From positions 1,016,935-1,080,934 of the forward strand of contig OZ287704.1 of NCBI GenBank assembly GCA_965649825.1: a DNA stretch of 64,000 nucleotides, given 5' to 3'. The stretch comes from Penicillus capitatus (Eukaryota > Plantae > Chlorophyta). The position numbers were made by a program, and so were the translations under genes. Position 1 is the stretch's first letter. The number at the start of each line of letters is the position of its first letter. Below the pieces are notes generated by a model, which did no database searches, was not told the DNA's origin, and worked only from the letters and a program-made list of their open reading frames with translations. Of the stretch, positions 32,982 to 44,648 are shown one piece after another.

Positions 32982-34785
32982 ATGTCACGAGGCTATGCGT
33001 CGACCAGTCGCCAAGGCGGCGGGGGTCACCTGGACAAAGTTCAGCAGTTTGTCGTCTACCTCTATGAACACATACGGTGCGTTCCGGTATGGCACGTCGC
33101 TCTGAGAGATCGTCATGGGGCGGGCGTAGAGAGAAGAACATACCGGAGACGCGTTCTATGTACACGCGTTCTTTCTTTCGTCTGAGTGAAATGTACTTCA
33201 AGGATTCTGCCTGGCCTCCAGTCGAACAGATTTCTGAATTCGTCGACAGTGACAAAGTCTTCTGCCTGCTCTATCAGGTTCGATGGTTATCTGGGCCGTT
33301 CGTCCGGCCGAGTGGATTTGCTCTAGGAACTCTACTATCGTCATCTCTATGCCACTCTGTGGCCGAGTTTGGTCGATCGATCGCGGTCGTGGGATACTTA
33401 CTGTCAACTCTTCGACATCATTCTGCATGGAAAAGTGACGATGCAGTTGCCGAACGAATGGCTCTGGGACATGATCGACGAATTTCTCTATCAGTTCCAA
33501 GCCTATCACCAGTTCAAAGGAAAACCTTCTCAACAGAATCCCGAAGAACGCGCCGCAATTCGACAGATCGAATCGAGCGACGAGAAGGTACGTCGGCAAT
33601 GCTATCAGACCAAAAGAGCGAGACCGCCGACATTTTGCACATTGGTTTAGATCTGGGACATTCTGGATGTTCTCAACTACTTGGATGCCATTGTTAAGAA
33701 GTCCAACATCGAAGCATACATCCAGGAAGGAAGAGAAATCGATCTGCTGCAGAGAGAGGGATATGACCATCCCAGCAATGTCGTGATTGTGTTGGGATAC
33801 GTGTGCATGATCGGCCTGTCGCGTGTCCATGCATTGATTGGAGACTATGGAGGATCTCTCAAAGCACTGGCGCCTCTGAACATCCACGAGCCAAAGACCC
33901 TGTTCGCCACCAAGATCCCTGGATCATTCATCACGCTCTACTACTATGTTGCCTTCTCTTACCTCATGATGCGAAGGTGCTGTTCAAATGTGCGCTCTTA
34001 TCGAGCTCATGTCTTGTATGGTTAGATATATCGATGCGGCTACGTGTTTGAACGTCGTGCTGCTTTACGTTCCTAGTGCCAAGGAACTCATCTTCGATCG
34101 GACCAAAGTCAGTCAGCTGGAACGTAAAGAGGAGCAGATGTTTCAGCTTCTTGCCATTCTCGTGGCGCTATGTCCACGTGTTCAGATTCAGTACTTGGAT
34201 GACAGAGTGGCAGAGAGACTGATGGAGAACTTCGCTGACAAAGTTCAGGCCATGCGACGCGGAAACATCCACGTATACGATGAGCTCTTCTCCGCCGGCT
34301 GTCCCCGGTTCATCACGACCAATCCACCGGATACCAGCAGAGATCTCGACACCAATCAAGAGTCTTATCAGAATCAGCTCAGGCTCTTTGTGGAAGACGT
34401 GAAACAGAACACCAGTCTGCCAGATTTGCTGCAGTATATGCATCTGTACTCATCGATCTCGCTCACCAAGCTGGCCACGTTGCTGGACACAACGACAAGT
34501 GCGATTCGGACACAGCTCATGTGCATGAAGAGCAAGCAATTTGCAAAAATGCACAATCGAGAGGACACAGATCTGTTGAGTGGATCTTTCCACTATAGTG
34601 GAAGCATCGAATTCCATCTGGATATTGATACGGAGACTGGAGTGGAGTATCTGATGATTCAGGATAACGTGGTGAAGAAGAGCCATGCGCAGACGATGAT
34701 ACGCCACATTCACAAATTCCAAGATATTGTGCGCGATCTGAAACGTCTCCAGAGTGCAGCGAAGGAGACGGGAACGGCGTCCTGA
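32982..34785 (+). CDS. EIF3L: Eukaryotic translation initiation factor 3 subunit L
   Basis: F..LSE.YFK...WP, LYYRH.YA, LPNEWLWDMIDEFLYQFQ, IGLSRVHALIGDY and GCPRFI across 4 GT-AG introns. Confidence 0.92.
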
Positions 34786-34790
34786 GATTG

Positions 34791-35616
34791 TCAAGCGCCT
34801 TCTTTCTGAATCAAAACAAAAAGAGGCGTGTCGCCTAGCTTCGCACGGCCGGCCAAATCTGGCAACTCGATAATGACGGCTGCTTCGACCACCTCTGCCT
34901 TTGCGCGCTCTAACCGTACCAACAATCTCGCTCGTGCGTTTTCATACGTGAGGACATACTTAGCAGATTGATGGCCGCCTTCATAGTGCCTCCTGTCGCT
35001 ATCAAATCATCGATCTGCACAGCACGTCGATAACAGATCGACCATTGGGTGTATCCTTACGATCACGACACGTTGACCGGGTTGGACGGCATCCGAATGC
35101 ATCTCAATGGTATCGGATCCATACTCAAGGTCATAGGACTCCGAAATCTTCTCCCCTACAAAACATATCTCAAGCACTGTGCGTTTTGGCGATGGATCTG
35201 CCTGGGAGTTTGTTTGGTTTGCGCATGAGGACGAAGGGTACGTTGAGGGCCAAAGCGAGCGGTGCGCCAAACACGAAACCGCGTGATTCCAGCGCAGCGA
35301 TGGCGTCGATCTGTTGGTCTTTGTAACGTTCAGTCAGCAACTCCATCGCGTGCTGATAGGCTGCAGTGTTCAGCAGAAGGGTCGTTACGTCCCAGAAGAG
35401 AATTCCAGGCACGGGGAAATCTGGCACGCCACGAATCGCCCCGCTGATGGCGGCTTTCTTCTCTTGTTCATTGGCCATTGTCACTCGGACGATGTCAAAA
35501 CGTTGTCGCCGTCGTCGCCGTCGGCACGAATGCAACGATGCGTCGCGTAATCGCCGGGCGATGGTGCCGCATGGTTGCCTTGGAAACGACAGGCTCATGC
35601 GCGATGTCCACGGCAT
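34791..35616 (-). CDS. APT: Adenine phosphoribosyltransferase with putative transit peptide (core starts at 35478)
   Basis: [37 protein letters not shown]|[12 protein letters not shown] and the PRPP motif [13 protein letters not shown]. One GC-AG intron (35156-35201). Confidence 0.92.
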
Positions 35617-35822
35617 GAGGCTGTGTTCTAAGTAGCTACCGATGGCGAAGCGATCAGTCGTCAGCGACAGGCGGTGATGACGAGGTCGGCGTCGTGATGC
35701 ACATGTGGTTCTGGACAGCTTCCATTTTGAAGAATACGTCGCTTTTGGCGACTGGCGTTCGGCGGTTGCGAATTTCGCCTAGTGTTCTCAGTACTGAAGT
35801 GCCTTCGACTCGCGAAGCTCCA

Positions 35823-37427
35823 ATGAGTGACGTAGGCCATATATATACACACATCGTTGTGGAGAGAGGACGGATGTGATATACCTAGATACGTCGTCCA
35901 GTTAGAAAGGGAGGGACGAAGCCGCGCAAGAAAACGCGAAGCGAGGTCAAGTCGACGGAAAAGCTGACAACTCCGAAATTCGATGTCAATAAACTCAGAC
36001 AGGGATTTGAAATCGATGGTCGGAGATGCACGGCATCTTCCACTGCTTGTGCAATAACGCCTTTGCTTTATAGGAAGCTTTAAAGAAGGCGGTGGACAAA
36101 TCTTGAGAAATGCGTCAGCCTTAGGGGCTATCTTACGACAACAAATCTATGTGGATAACATCCGTGCAAGTAAGAGGATGCCGATGAAGGTCGGGCGTTG
36201 GAGACACAAGCGAGCCATGTGCTTAGATCGACCAAAGTCTGGACTGAGGCCTCAGCATTTGACGGGTTTGCAGCTCATGGCGGATATCTGTGAAGGAACT
36301 TTGCTGAATGGTGAAGTGGGTGCGACCACTGTTAATCTCAATCCTGGAGATCTCAAAGTGGGTCAGTTTTTTGGCGATACCGTAACCGCTGGAAGTGTAA
36401 CATTACTCATACAATCGATCCTACCACCACTACTTTTCGCCCAACCCGATGCAGAAGGGTAAGGCCTTTATGCAAAACGAAGCCTGTCCGTCATTCTGCG
36501 ATGATCTGCAGAAACGATGTATCTGTCGTGGAATTGAGAGGAGGGACAGATGTTGGAATGGCACCGCCAATAGATTACGTGCGTTATGTGTTGGCTCCTC
36601 TTCTTCGCTCCAAATTTGGCATCGAGCTGGAGGTGGATCTGATAAGACGTGGGTTCAATCCAATGGGTGGAGGCATTGTAAGGCTGAAGGTTCGAAGTCT
36701 GCCTGAAGGGCGACCTCTTCCTCCCATCGATTTGACAGATCCTGGAACGGTAAGCCTTGAAGACAGCCACGTCTAGTGGTGATGGCATCGATGCTGTTAG
36801 ATTTCACTGATGACCATTCACGCCTTTGCTGCCGGACGTTTCTTAGTGGCAAAAGGAGAGCAGCAAATTGTACAAGACGCAATCAACGATCTCAAGGCTT
36901 TATTTGGCATGCGCATTGAAGGCATGCTGCAAGTTCATGCCGTGCGCGAAACAGAACAGACGGCCGTGGATTCTGGTGCCGGTTGCTGCATTGTGGCGGA
37001 GAGCACAACGGGTCAGCTGTTTGGTGCCAGTGGCATGTTTCAAAGGGGATCCAAAGCGAAAAAGAGCACTTCTGCCTCAGAAAAGAAAAAAGGCACAGCA
37101 GGGAGCGATGCAGCATTTGAGATCTATGACTTCATCGAAAAACACAGTGGTGTAGATGACTGGTCACTCTATCGCTAAGGATCACACAATATTGCTTAAC
37201 CGTTTTCTTTTAGGATGCAGGATCAGTTGATTCTGTTCATGGCTCTGGCTGGTGGAAAATCTAGAATTCGAGTATGGGGTCCTACGTCTCACACAGAGAC
37301 AGCTATTCATGTGGCGCAGCAGTTAACGAATGCGAAGTTTAGCATGATCATGGACCAGCAGAATCCTCAGGCACCTTCGACCTGGATCATAGAGTGTGAA
37401 GGCATTGGCTTCACAAGGAAAGGATAA
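35823..37427 (+). CDS. RTCA: RNA 3'-terminal phosphate cyclase
   Basis: FEIDG|SFKEGGGQILRNA, RPKSGLRPQHL, TAGSVTLLIQ, LRGGTDVGMAPPIDY, RRGFNPMGGG, QDQLILFMALA, HTETAIHV, CEGIG. Confidence 0.88.
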
Positions 37428-37657
37428 CAGAGAGCACTTCACAAGCGTCATTTCTTCACATTGTGTCAACTCCATCAATTTTGTAAGACTGCCGACAGTG
37501 CTTTGCTTTGCTTCATTCTGTAACCATGGCTCCCTGCTTGTTTTCTTTTGCTTGAGCTTTTCGATCGTGATGAACTGGAATCCATGATTCATCATCATTG
37601 TTCTTATGAAGCTGGTGGATAGTTGCTCGACTGCAAAAAAGAAACAGATTTTAAATA

Positions 37658-39223
37658 TCATGACTGAGCGGATGAAACGTTGCTGAATACCGGCGCCATC
37701 GTGTGGAGTCCATGAGGAATGGAAGTTGCTGGTTGCTGAGTTGAATCGACCCCAAGAGTACTCAAAGTGGACATTGGTCCGCTGATTGGGGCCATGTTGT
37801 AAAGCTGAGGTGGAAATTGTTGAAAGTTAAGTGTTGCCATGGGTGGCACGACAGGCGCTTGTGTCATAGGAACAGATGATGACATCTGCTGCATGAGTGC
37901 TGGCGCTGTAGGCTGTTGCATCACACTTTGCGGCTGCTGCTGTTGTGGATAGACTGTTGGTGGAATGCCTCTCTGCGTAGAGACATCCACAGATTGAGAT
38001 TGTGGTGGTGGAAGATAGCTGGGAACAGCAGCTGCCTGTGGCTGGACAATGCTAATCAGACCGGCTGGATTAAGACTGCCGTCCACAGCTGTCACCAGCT
38101 GAGCCGGGTGATACGTACCGTCTGCTTGCAACACAAGAATCGCAGGGTGTGAGCCGAATCCTCCTAACCACACCTGTCACATCAACCTTGCCTGACAAAG
38201 GCCAGTCAAATCACCTGTTGGAGCTTGAATCAAAATCGGAGGCACAGAGGCATCCGTTTCAGCCGGAGTTGCCGATACCTCCTGTGGCGGCGCCGCCTTG
38301 ACCGGTTCAATCTGTTTCTGTGGTGGCGGTGTTGGCATGCGTGGCATGTGTGGTGGATATTGCTTCTTGCCTCGAGAGGCATCGTATCGGTTCAAAGAAT
38401 CTTGAACCTAAATCACATATCACACATACTCACTCTTCTATCGTTCACGACGAACAAATCGCCCACCATCTGCGTCGCCAGTTCCACGGCCGCCACATCA
38501 CCGGAGATGAACACGCACTGCAGCTCTTCCCCCTCTTCGTGCGCTGCACAGCCATCTCTCCATTGACAGGATCCATCACTCGTGGCCTGTGACTTACGTT
38601 CGACTCGAACACGTGCACGTGTCTCTTCTTCGATCTGCTTAATATTCTGTCCTTGTTTACCGATCAGACATCCAACGTTCTCAGGCTTCGTCTTGAGTGA
38701 GACGCTTGCGTGCATCTGTTTGGCGTAGTCGTCATCGACGGATGCGACGACGGAGCGCAGTTCCTCGAATGCCGCTTCGATCTGCACATGCAATACAAAG
38801 TCATGTCTGCAGACGACCCACCCCCACCCCGTCTGTCTTCCTTGGCTGTCATCGCACCTGTTCGCGTCGTCCACGGAGTTCGACAAAGGTTCGTGCGTTT
38901 TCGCTTTGTGGTGAGTGGACATGGACACTGGCGCCAGTGCGACTGCGAATACTCCTTGCCGTTCCACCTCCTTTGCCGATAACGGCGCCAACCATTTCGC
39001 GCTGAATATCGAACTCCATGCTGAGAAATGAAGGATCCTGATGAAAAGCTTCGTTGCCGAATTCGGTATCTTTGCGACTGCCGCCTCCACGCCATCCGCT
39101 ACTAAGCACGAGCATTCCCGTCAGAACGATGAAGGGAAGGAAGGCGAAGAGACGTGTTGCGTTGGTGGCGTGGACCGACGCGGCGTTGTTGCACCTCGGT
39201 ACCGTCGCGGTCGTTTGTTTCAC
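37658..39223 (-). CDS. KH-domain RNA-binding protein (2 KH domains, Gln/Pro-rich tail)
   Basis: VGAVIGKGGGTARSI and VGCLIGKQGQNIKQI GxxG loops; GT-AG introns. The start may be at 39115. Confidence 0.75.
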
Positions 39224-39324
39224 CTCGGCCGCGTTTCATCGACTGGATGACGAAGGAAATGAAGCAGAGCCGAGAATGGCCGTGTAGACGCGAATGGCTG
39301 TCACATCCGTTGATCAGTCTTGTC

Positions 39325-39687
39325 ATGGGAAGGAAGAAACGACGCAGCAAAGACGACGATTGGACGCCGGATGCGGAATCCGAAGGCGACGCAGAAAACC
39401 AAAAGGAAAAGAAAGAAGCGAAGAAAACGAAGAGAAAGTCAAAACGCACGAAAACGGATCAAGAAGCAAATGGAGAAGTAAACGAGGATTTGGCCGCTCT
39501 CTACTTTCGCGCAATGGACACCGAGAAAACGGGAACCTTGACGCTGAGTCACATTCAGAAGATGATCGAGACGTTAGACGTCGATGTGTTGGAAGATCAG
39601 ATACAAGACATGATGACATATGCACATGATACGACACAGAGTACACAGGGTTTGGATCTAGAAGCTTTCTGCAAACTCGTGGTATGA
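39325..39687 (+). CDS. Small protein with basic N-terminus and EF-hand-like C-terminus
   Basis: YFRAMDTEKTGTLTLSHIQKM resembles an EF-hand loop; second degenerate hand ...GLDLEAFCKLV. Confidence 0.6.
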   Translation: MGRKKRRSKDDDWTPDAESEGDAENQKEKKEAKKTKRKSKRTKTDQEANGEVNEDLAALYFRAMDTEKTGTLTLSHIQKMIETLDVDVLEDQIQDMMTYAHDTTQSTQGLDLEAFCKLVV

Positions 39688-39708
39688 GCAGCTGCCTTAG
39701 ACGCGCCC

Positions 39709-40228
39709 TCATGATATGGCCGTCGATGGGTGGTGTCTATAGAAACACTTGAAGGAGAAGGATGTGTGATGGAAGGAATGAGGATGGTCCGAAGGTAGCA
39801 ATTGGAAAGAAACGGTTCTCTATGTTAAAAGCGTTGGTTGTGAATAATGCTTCTGTATACGACGGGCCTGCACGATGATGACAACTTTCTTCAATTTGTT
39901 ATGTGGCGGCGCAATGTTGTCACAAAGAATGGAAAGAACTGGACATTGAACTCGATCATCTGCACGCTCAATTCTGGACAACAGCAATGAACAGGTTTCT
40001 TCTTGATACAAGACAGCAAGGTTACACGTGGTGCATATAACGGTCGATTGAAAACATGTTATCTTTGGACACGTCATGTCGGTCATGTGTTGTAAATCGA
40101 TTTCGTTCGCACCGGCAATAGCTCGTGTCGTTCAGCGATTTCGGATGACAAAATGCTTCTTTCTGCGAATACGTTGAGGATAGAGTAGCTGGATGCGGTA
40201 AATGAACGACAAAGCAAATGACGACCGC
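39709..40228 (-). CDS. Hypothetical spliced protein (5' end undefined)
   Basis: A 50-nt GT-AG and a 48-nt GC-AG intron candidate keep one frame open. No family recognised. Confidence 0.3.
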
Positions 40229-40903
40229 CTGTAAAGAAAACACACAACCGTTTTGAGCGATGTTCTTCTTTGCTTGCCAAGGCAGGAATCGCACGTCAGA
40301 GAATTCGATTCGAGCCGGGTGAAATTTGGTTCTTGGTGGGAGCGCTGTTAAAAGTAGAAAGGTTGGTTGTCTCCTAAACGACGATAAGTGAAGCTCTGTT
40401 CAGTCGACGACATCAATGCCGTCGTCTAGAATACAAGAGCGCTCTTCCGGGCTACGGCACAGCAAATGAAGCAGAATACGAGTATTCGTATAAAGCTGCG
40501 GAATACAGCCACTCTAATTAAGCAAAGGTGAGAATTGGACTGTTCTTTGAAGAAACGGTACTTATTGATAGTCATCCGATCGTGAATGATGATCGAAGAT
40601 CCGAAGAGAGTGAATGATTTATCTGGTCACTTCCCTAAACATACCCTATCTACTCTCTCGCTGTCTTTTAAGTCGCACAATCCGGTAGGATTGTCTTTCT
40701 TTATTTGTCGGCCGTGGGTGCTGCGCTACAGGTCGTCGCATCAAGCCGTTGGTTGGTTAAACGGGAAGGACCTTTGGTTTTACGTTCCGCCTTTTGTCGT
40801 CGATCCAGTTTTATTCGACGCTATCTCGGCGTATTGTCTCTCCGCGTTTTACACCGCAGCAATCATCTAACAGCGTTGCGAGGTGAAGAGAAACCAGTTT
40901 TGC

Positions 40904-41722
40904 ATGAATACTCTGCAGCCAGACTGTCTTCCGTTTGACGGCACGTGCAGATGCAGCCGCGACGGAGACATAACTCTTGCATTCGCGGACGGTTCTTTTC
41001 TGAAAACGCATTCCAAGTTTCTGCAACTGGCGTCTCCCATGTTCGATGCGATGCTCACAGACTGCTCTGAAAGAGAAAGAATAGATATGGAAAGAACGTC
41101 TAGACGAGCATGGATCCGTATTCTGAACTTCCTGCATCCATCGGCCCCACCTTTTGTATGGGACATCAACCCGTTCAAGGAAACAGATCTAATAGTACAG
41201 ACACGTATTCTCTGATAGGCCCTGTAGTGTTTTGGTATTTAGGCTGACATGGTTGAACAGGCGAGGAAGTTTAAGTTCGACTCTTTGCTGACGTTCTTGG
41301 ATGATTCGCTTTGCTTAATACTTCCTCCTAATTGCTTCTGTAATCTCGGAAGCAGCAAAACCGTCACAGTTGGGAGCAGCAGTAACGCCGGAAGTAGACT
41401 TTTCGGGAACAGAGCCGGCGCCTTTAGCTTCGGCTCCTCCGTCTTCGGAACCTCCATCCCAGAAGACATGGTGGAGTTTTGCCGCTTGGCAGTTCATTTT
41501 GAGTCAGAGTTGCCGAGAGTAAGCAAGAGGATTTGTTTACTGCTTAGCATCCACTTGCGGAAAATCGTCACCCTGGATCTTCAAAACCTTCTTAGCCACC
41601 AAGGAAGCGACTTTTCGGGTCATAATCGTGATGTAAAGATTTTCAAAAGTATTCTCGAGAATGCCAGCCTCGATTTCTTCAAGAAGCTGGTGGATGGTCT
41701 GCTGGTGGAACGTATTATATAG
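40904..41722 (+). CDS. BTB/POZ-domain protein
   Basis: DITLAFADG..LKTHSKFLQLASPMFDAML...WIRILNFLHP is the BTB core; one GT-AG intron; TGTAA at 41831. Confidence 0.75.
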
Positions 41723-41923
41723 GACCTTATCGCCGTTCGGATTCTTCACTGATGGATCCGACCATCAAACTCTCTCGGGCACTGTCCTGTTTGGTTGAGT
41801 ATCGCTCAGAAACGAAGAAAGCGTGGGCTGTGTAAGAACCTTTTTTTATTCGTAACGCTATTGTTTCGCTCGCCGTCGTCAGCGATGCAAAAGATAAGAC
41901 AATCGCCGATAGATTCAGAGGTC

Positions 41924-42769
41924 TCAGTCAAAAATACAAACACTTCTCTCATTCGGCATAGCCTTGATTGGTGAAATGCACCTCGAAGCGTCGACTCTCT
42001 TAGTACCGACTTGTCCGCGGTGTTCCTTCTCGATCAAATGGCCGATCGAACACGCGGTGAACGTATGGTAATGACCATCAGAGCGCAATAAGCTGCACTG
42101 CAACGAATGTTTGTCGACAAAAGAACGAACAACGCGCAGCACAAGAATTCGTTGCTGCAAAAAGGCAAAAGAGTTGCAGGAGTTCAAGCACGTAAGAGTT
42201 TAGTGAGCGCCGTTCGGGTTTTCTCCGAGCACTTCGTTTTTTTGCCTTCACAGATATGATCGAACGGAATCGTGTTGAGCTCATCCGTGCTCCTTTTGTC
42301 AGCTCCAACTGCTACAAGCATCTGTCCATACCTATACCTAAGCGAAGGTTAACGCAATCGATGGCTTACCTTGGCGGATTGTAATTTGCCAAAAATAGCT
42401 GCCACATGAAGTGCAGAGAGGCTTATCGTTTGTTCCATAAGACATTGGCAGACTTGCCGTGTTGAACATCCGCAGACCAGATGTCGCGGTGGTACGATCC
42501 GCAATGGCCGGGAATACCATACCGTGTAACGAGAATGGATTTTAAATATCTAGAATCTTCACAAAAGACATGCAGATAATAAAGAGAATCACTAAAAACA
42601 AACAAGAAATCAAGGTAGAAAAAACACGTGTGTATGGAGGCTTTCTCAGCCGAGCGCTCGAGCGCTTGATGATTGACGGATCATCACCACTGCTCTTCGC
42701 GAGAGAGCCAATACTGTCACCTCCCTCTCTCGCATCAAATCTCGTCCATGTCGACCTTCTGGCTTCCAT
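41924..42769 (-). CDS. Hypothetical single-pass (type II) membrane protein, spliced
   Basis: MEARR... N-terminus with a hydrophobic stretch (VFSTLISCLFLVILFIICM); further exons are linked by GT-AG introns; junctions only partly resolved. Confidence 0.35.
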
Positions 42770-42784
42770 TCACTTAACTTCCTT

Positions 42785-44385
42785 TCATCCACAACTCTGT
42801 GTGGGACTAGAGGCTGTTTGGCTTTCTTTGTTGATGGCGTCATCTGCCTGAACGGCTTCAGAACATCTCTGTGGAGTCATACAGAATATCAGTCAAGAAC
42901 TACAGAACACATCTCCTGACCTTCTTTGGTGAGCAACCACCTGACTCATCCTCTGTGACAGAACTATCGTTCCCATCTGATCGCCTCCTCTTCTGCTTGA
43001 AGGCGGACGCAGAAATCCTCCTCGATCTTCTCCTTGGCGTCCTTGTGCGTCGAAGTGATAATTCGCCTTCCTGCATCTCGGCGTCCATTGCGGTCTCCTC
43101 GTCGATCTGCCGGTTGCCATGCCCTGCCGAGGCGTGTTGCAGCGAAGATCCTCCCAAATCGATGACCGGCGATCGGTTGTCGTCAGTGCGATCGGCTTTG
43201 CAGTCGCGGATCGTCTTATGAAGTTGACTGTCCAACAACTTTTGCAGTTTCAGCCAGGCTGCTTCCCTGCTGATTAGGTTTTGTTTGAGAGACTTAGTGC
43301 GTGCGTCTCGTCGATCCAAATCCCGGTCACGTCTACACACAAATCAAATCACTCGACCATGAACACAATGCAGTAGACAGGAACTACTGTCTGGCTTCCT
43401 GCATCGTGATGTCGTGTGTTGTATCCAGTTCTGCTTTTCTGCTCAGGCACACAGTGTGACAAAAGAGTGACATAAAGAAAGCTTTACTCTTTATCTAGAT
43501 CTGCCCTTCTTTGAATGACTCTCTCCTGCTCTGAATTCTTTCGAGTCAACAGAGCCTGCACCTCGTCATCCGTCACTCTCTTCTGTTCCAAAAAGGCATC
43601 TTCATTGTCAATCATGTCGTCCTCCAGCTCCAGAAGGAAGTCACGCTGACACTTTAGCTCACGCAATTCTATCTCCAATGGTTCCAAGTGACGGAGTTTC
43701 CACTCCCGCTGAGCGATATCTTCTTTGCGCTGATCAAGCAAGATGTCCCTGCAGCCATGACATGCCTCACGACCTTCCGGATGGTGAGACGCCTCTGCTC
43801 ACGTCTCATCAAGTCTCTGCTCCTTTTCATCCAGGTAGTCTTTACGTCGCTTGACGCTGTCGTTGCGTTCTTGTAAGTAGTCTTTGCAGACAGTGGCAAA
43901 GTCTGCCTTATCCTCTGCAAACTCCTCCTCCTCTGCGTTCAACTTCTCTTCTCTACAGAAAAAGACGGATAAGATTCCGTCTCGGCGTCCTATGGAAGGG
44001 CGACGGACTGTCGGTAGAGTTCCAGAATCTTGTCGACGAGAGACTCGCCAGTGAGACTCAGTGCAGTCTCTCTATCCAATAACCTCTTGTTCCATGCTTC
44101 GAGATCGTTTTTGAAACTGCGTGAAGACAACGCGCATAGTCCGTGTTGTGTCTGCGAATATAGACGCTCACTTTTGGAGTCTTTCAAAACGCGCGTAGAG
44201 ATCGTTGCTTTCGCGGTCTTCCTGCGAATGACGTAAGCGTCGTCGAGAAGTTCAAAGTGCGGGTGAGACTCACTGCCGTGCGCGGAAAGTTGCTCGGTCC
44301 TGAGTTCGCCATTTCCAGAAACACGATAGCCGGTAAACTGAACGAACGCACAGCCGGTTACGTCTGTCTGTTTATTCGTACGCAA
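42785..44385 (-). CDS. Coiled-coil protein of unknown function (5' end uncertain)
   Basis: E/K/R-rich heptad exons joined in frame by GT-AG introns (DKE|KAEL...ARQ|RDRD...PKK|RCSE...SCG*). Confidence 0.55.
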
Positions 44386-44648
44386 TTTCGCAGTTGATGG
44401 GACGTTTCCTCAATCAGTCCGATTACAGATATATCATCGTCCTTCAATTGCACAAGAATGCCGTTTTGCTTTGCTTACATTCAGGTTCGTCGTAAAAAGA
44501 ACGATGTACGACGTTTGATTATAGGCAAACGATATACTCGAAGCAGACCCTATACCCAAAATAGGAGAACCCCAGTGGCCATGTCAGGAATGGCATTGGC
44601 ATTTGCCACGATCCGTGGAAATGGTGTAAGAAAGATATCCTTGCAGAC

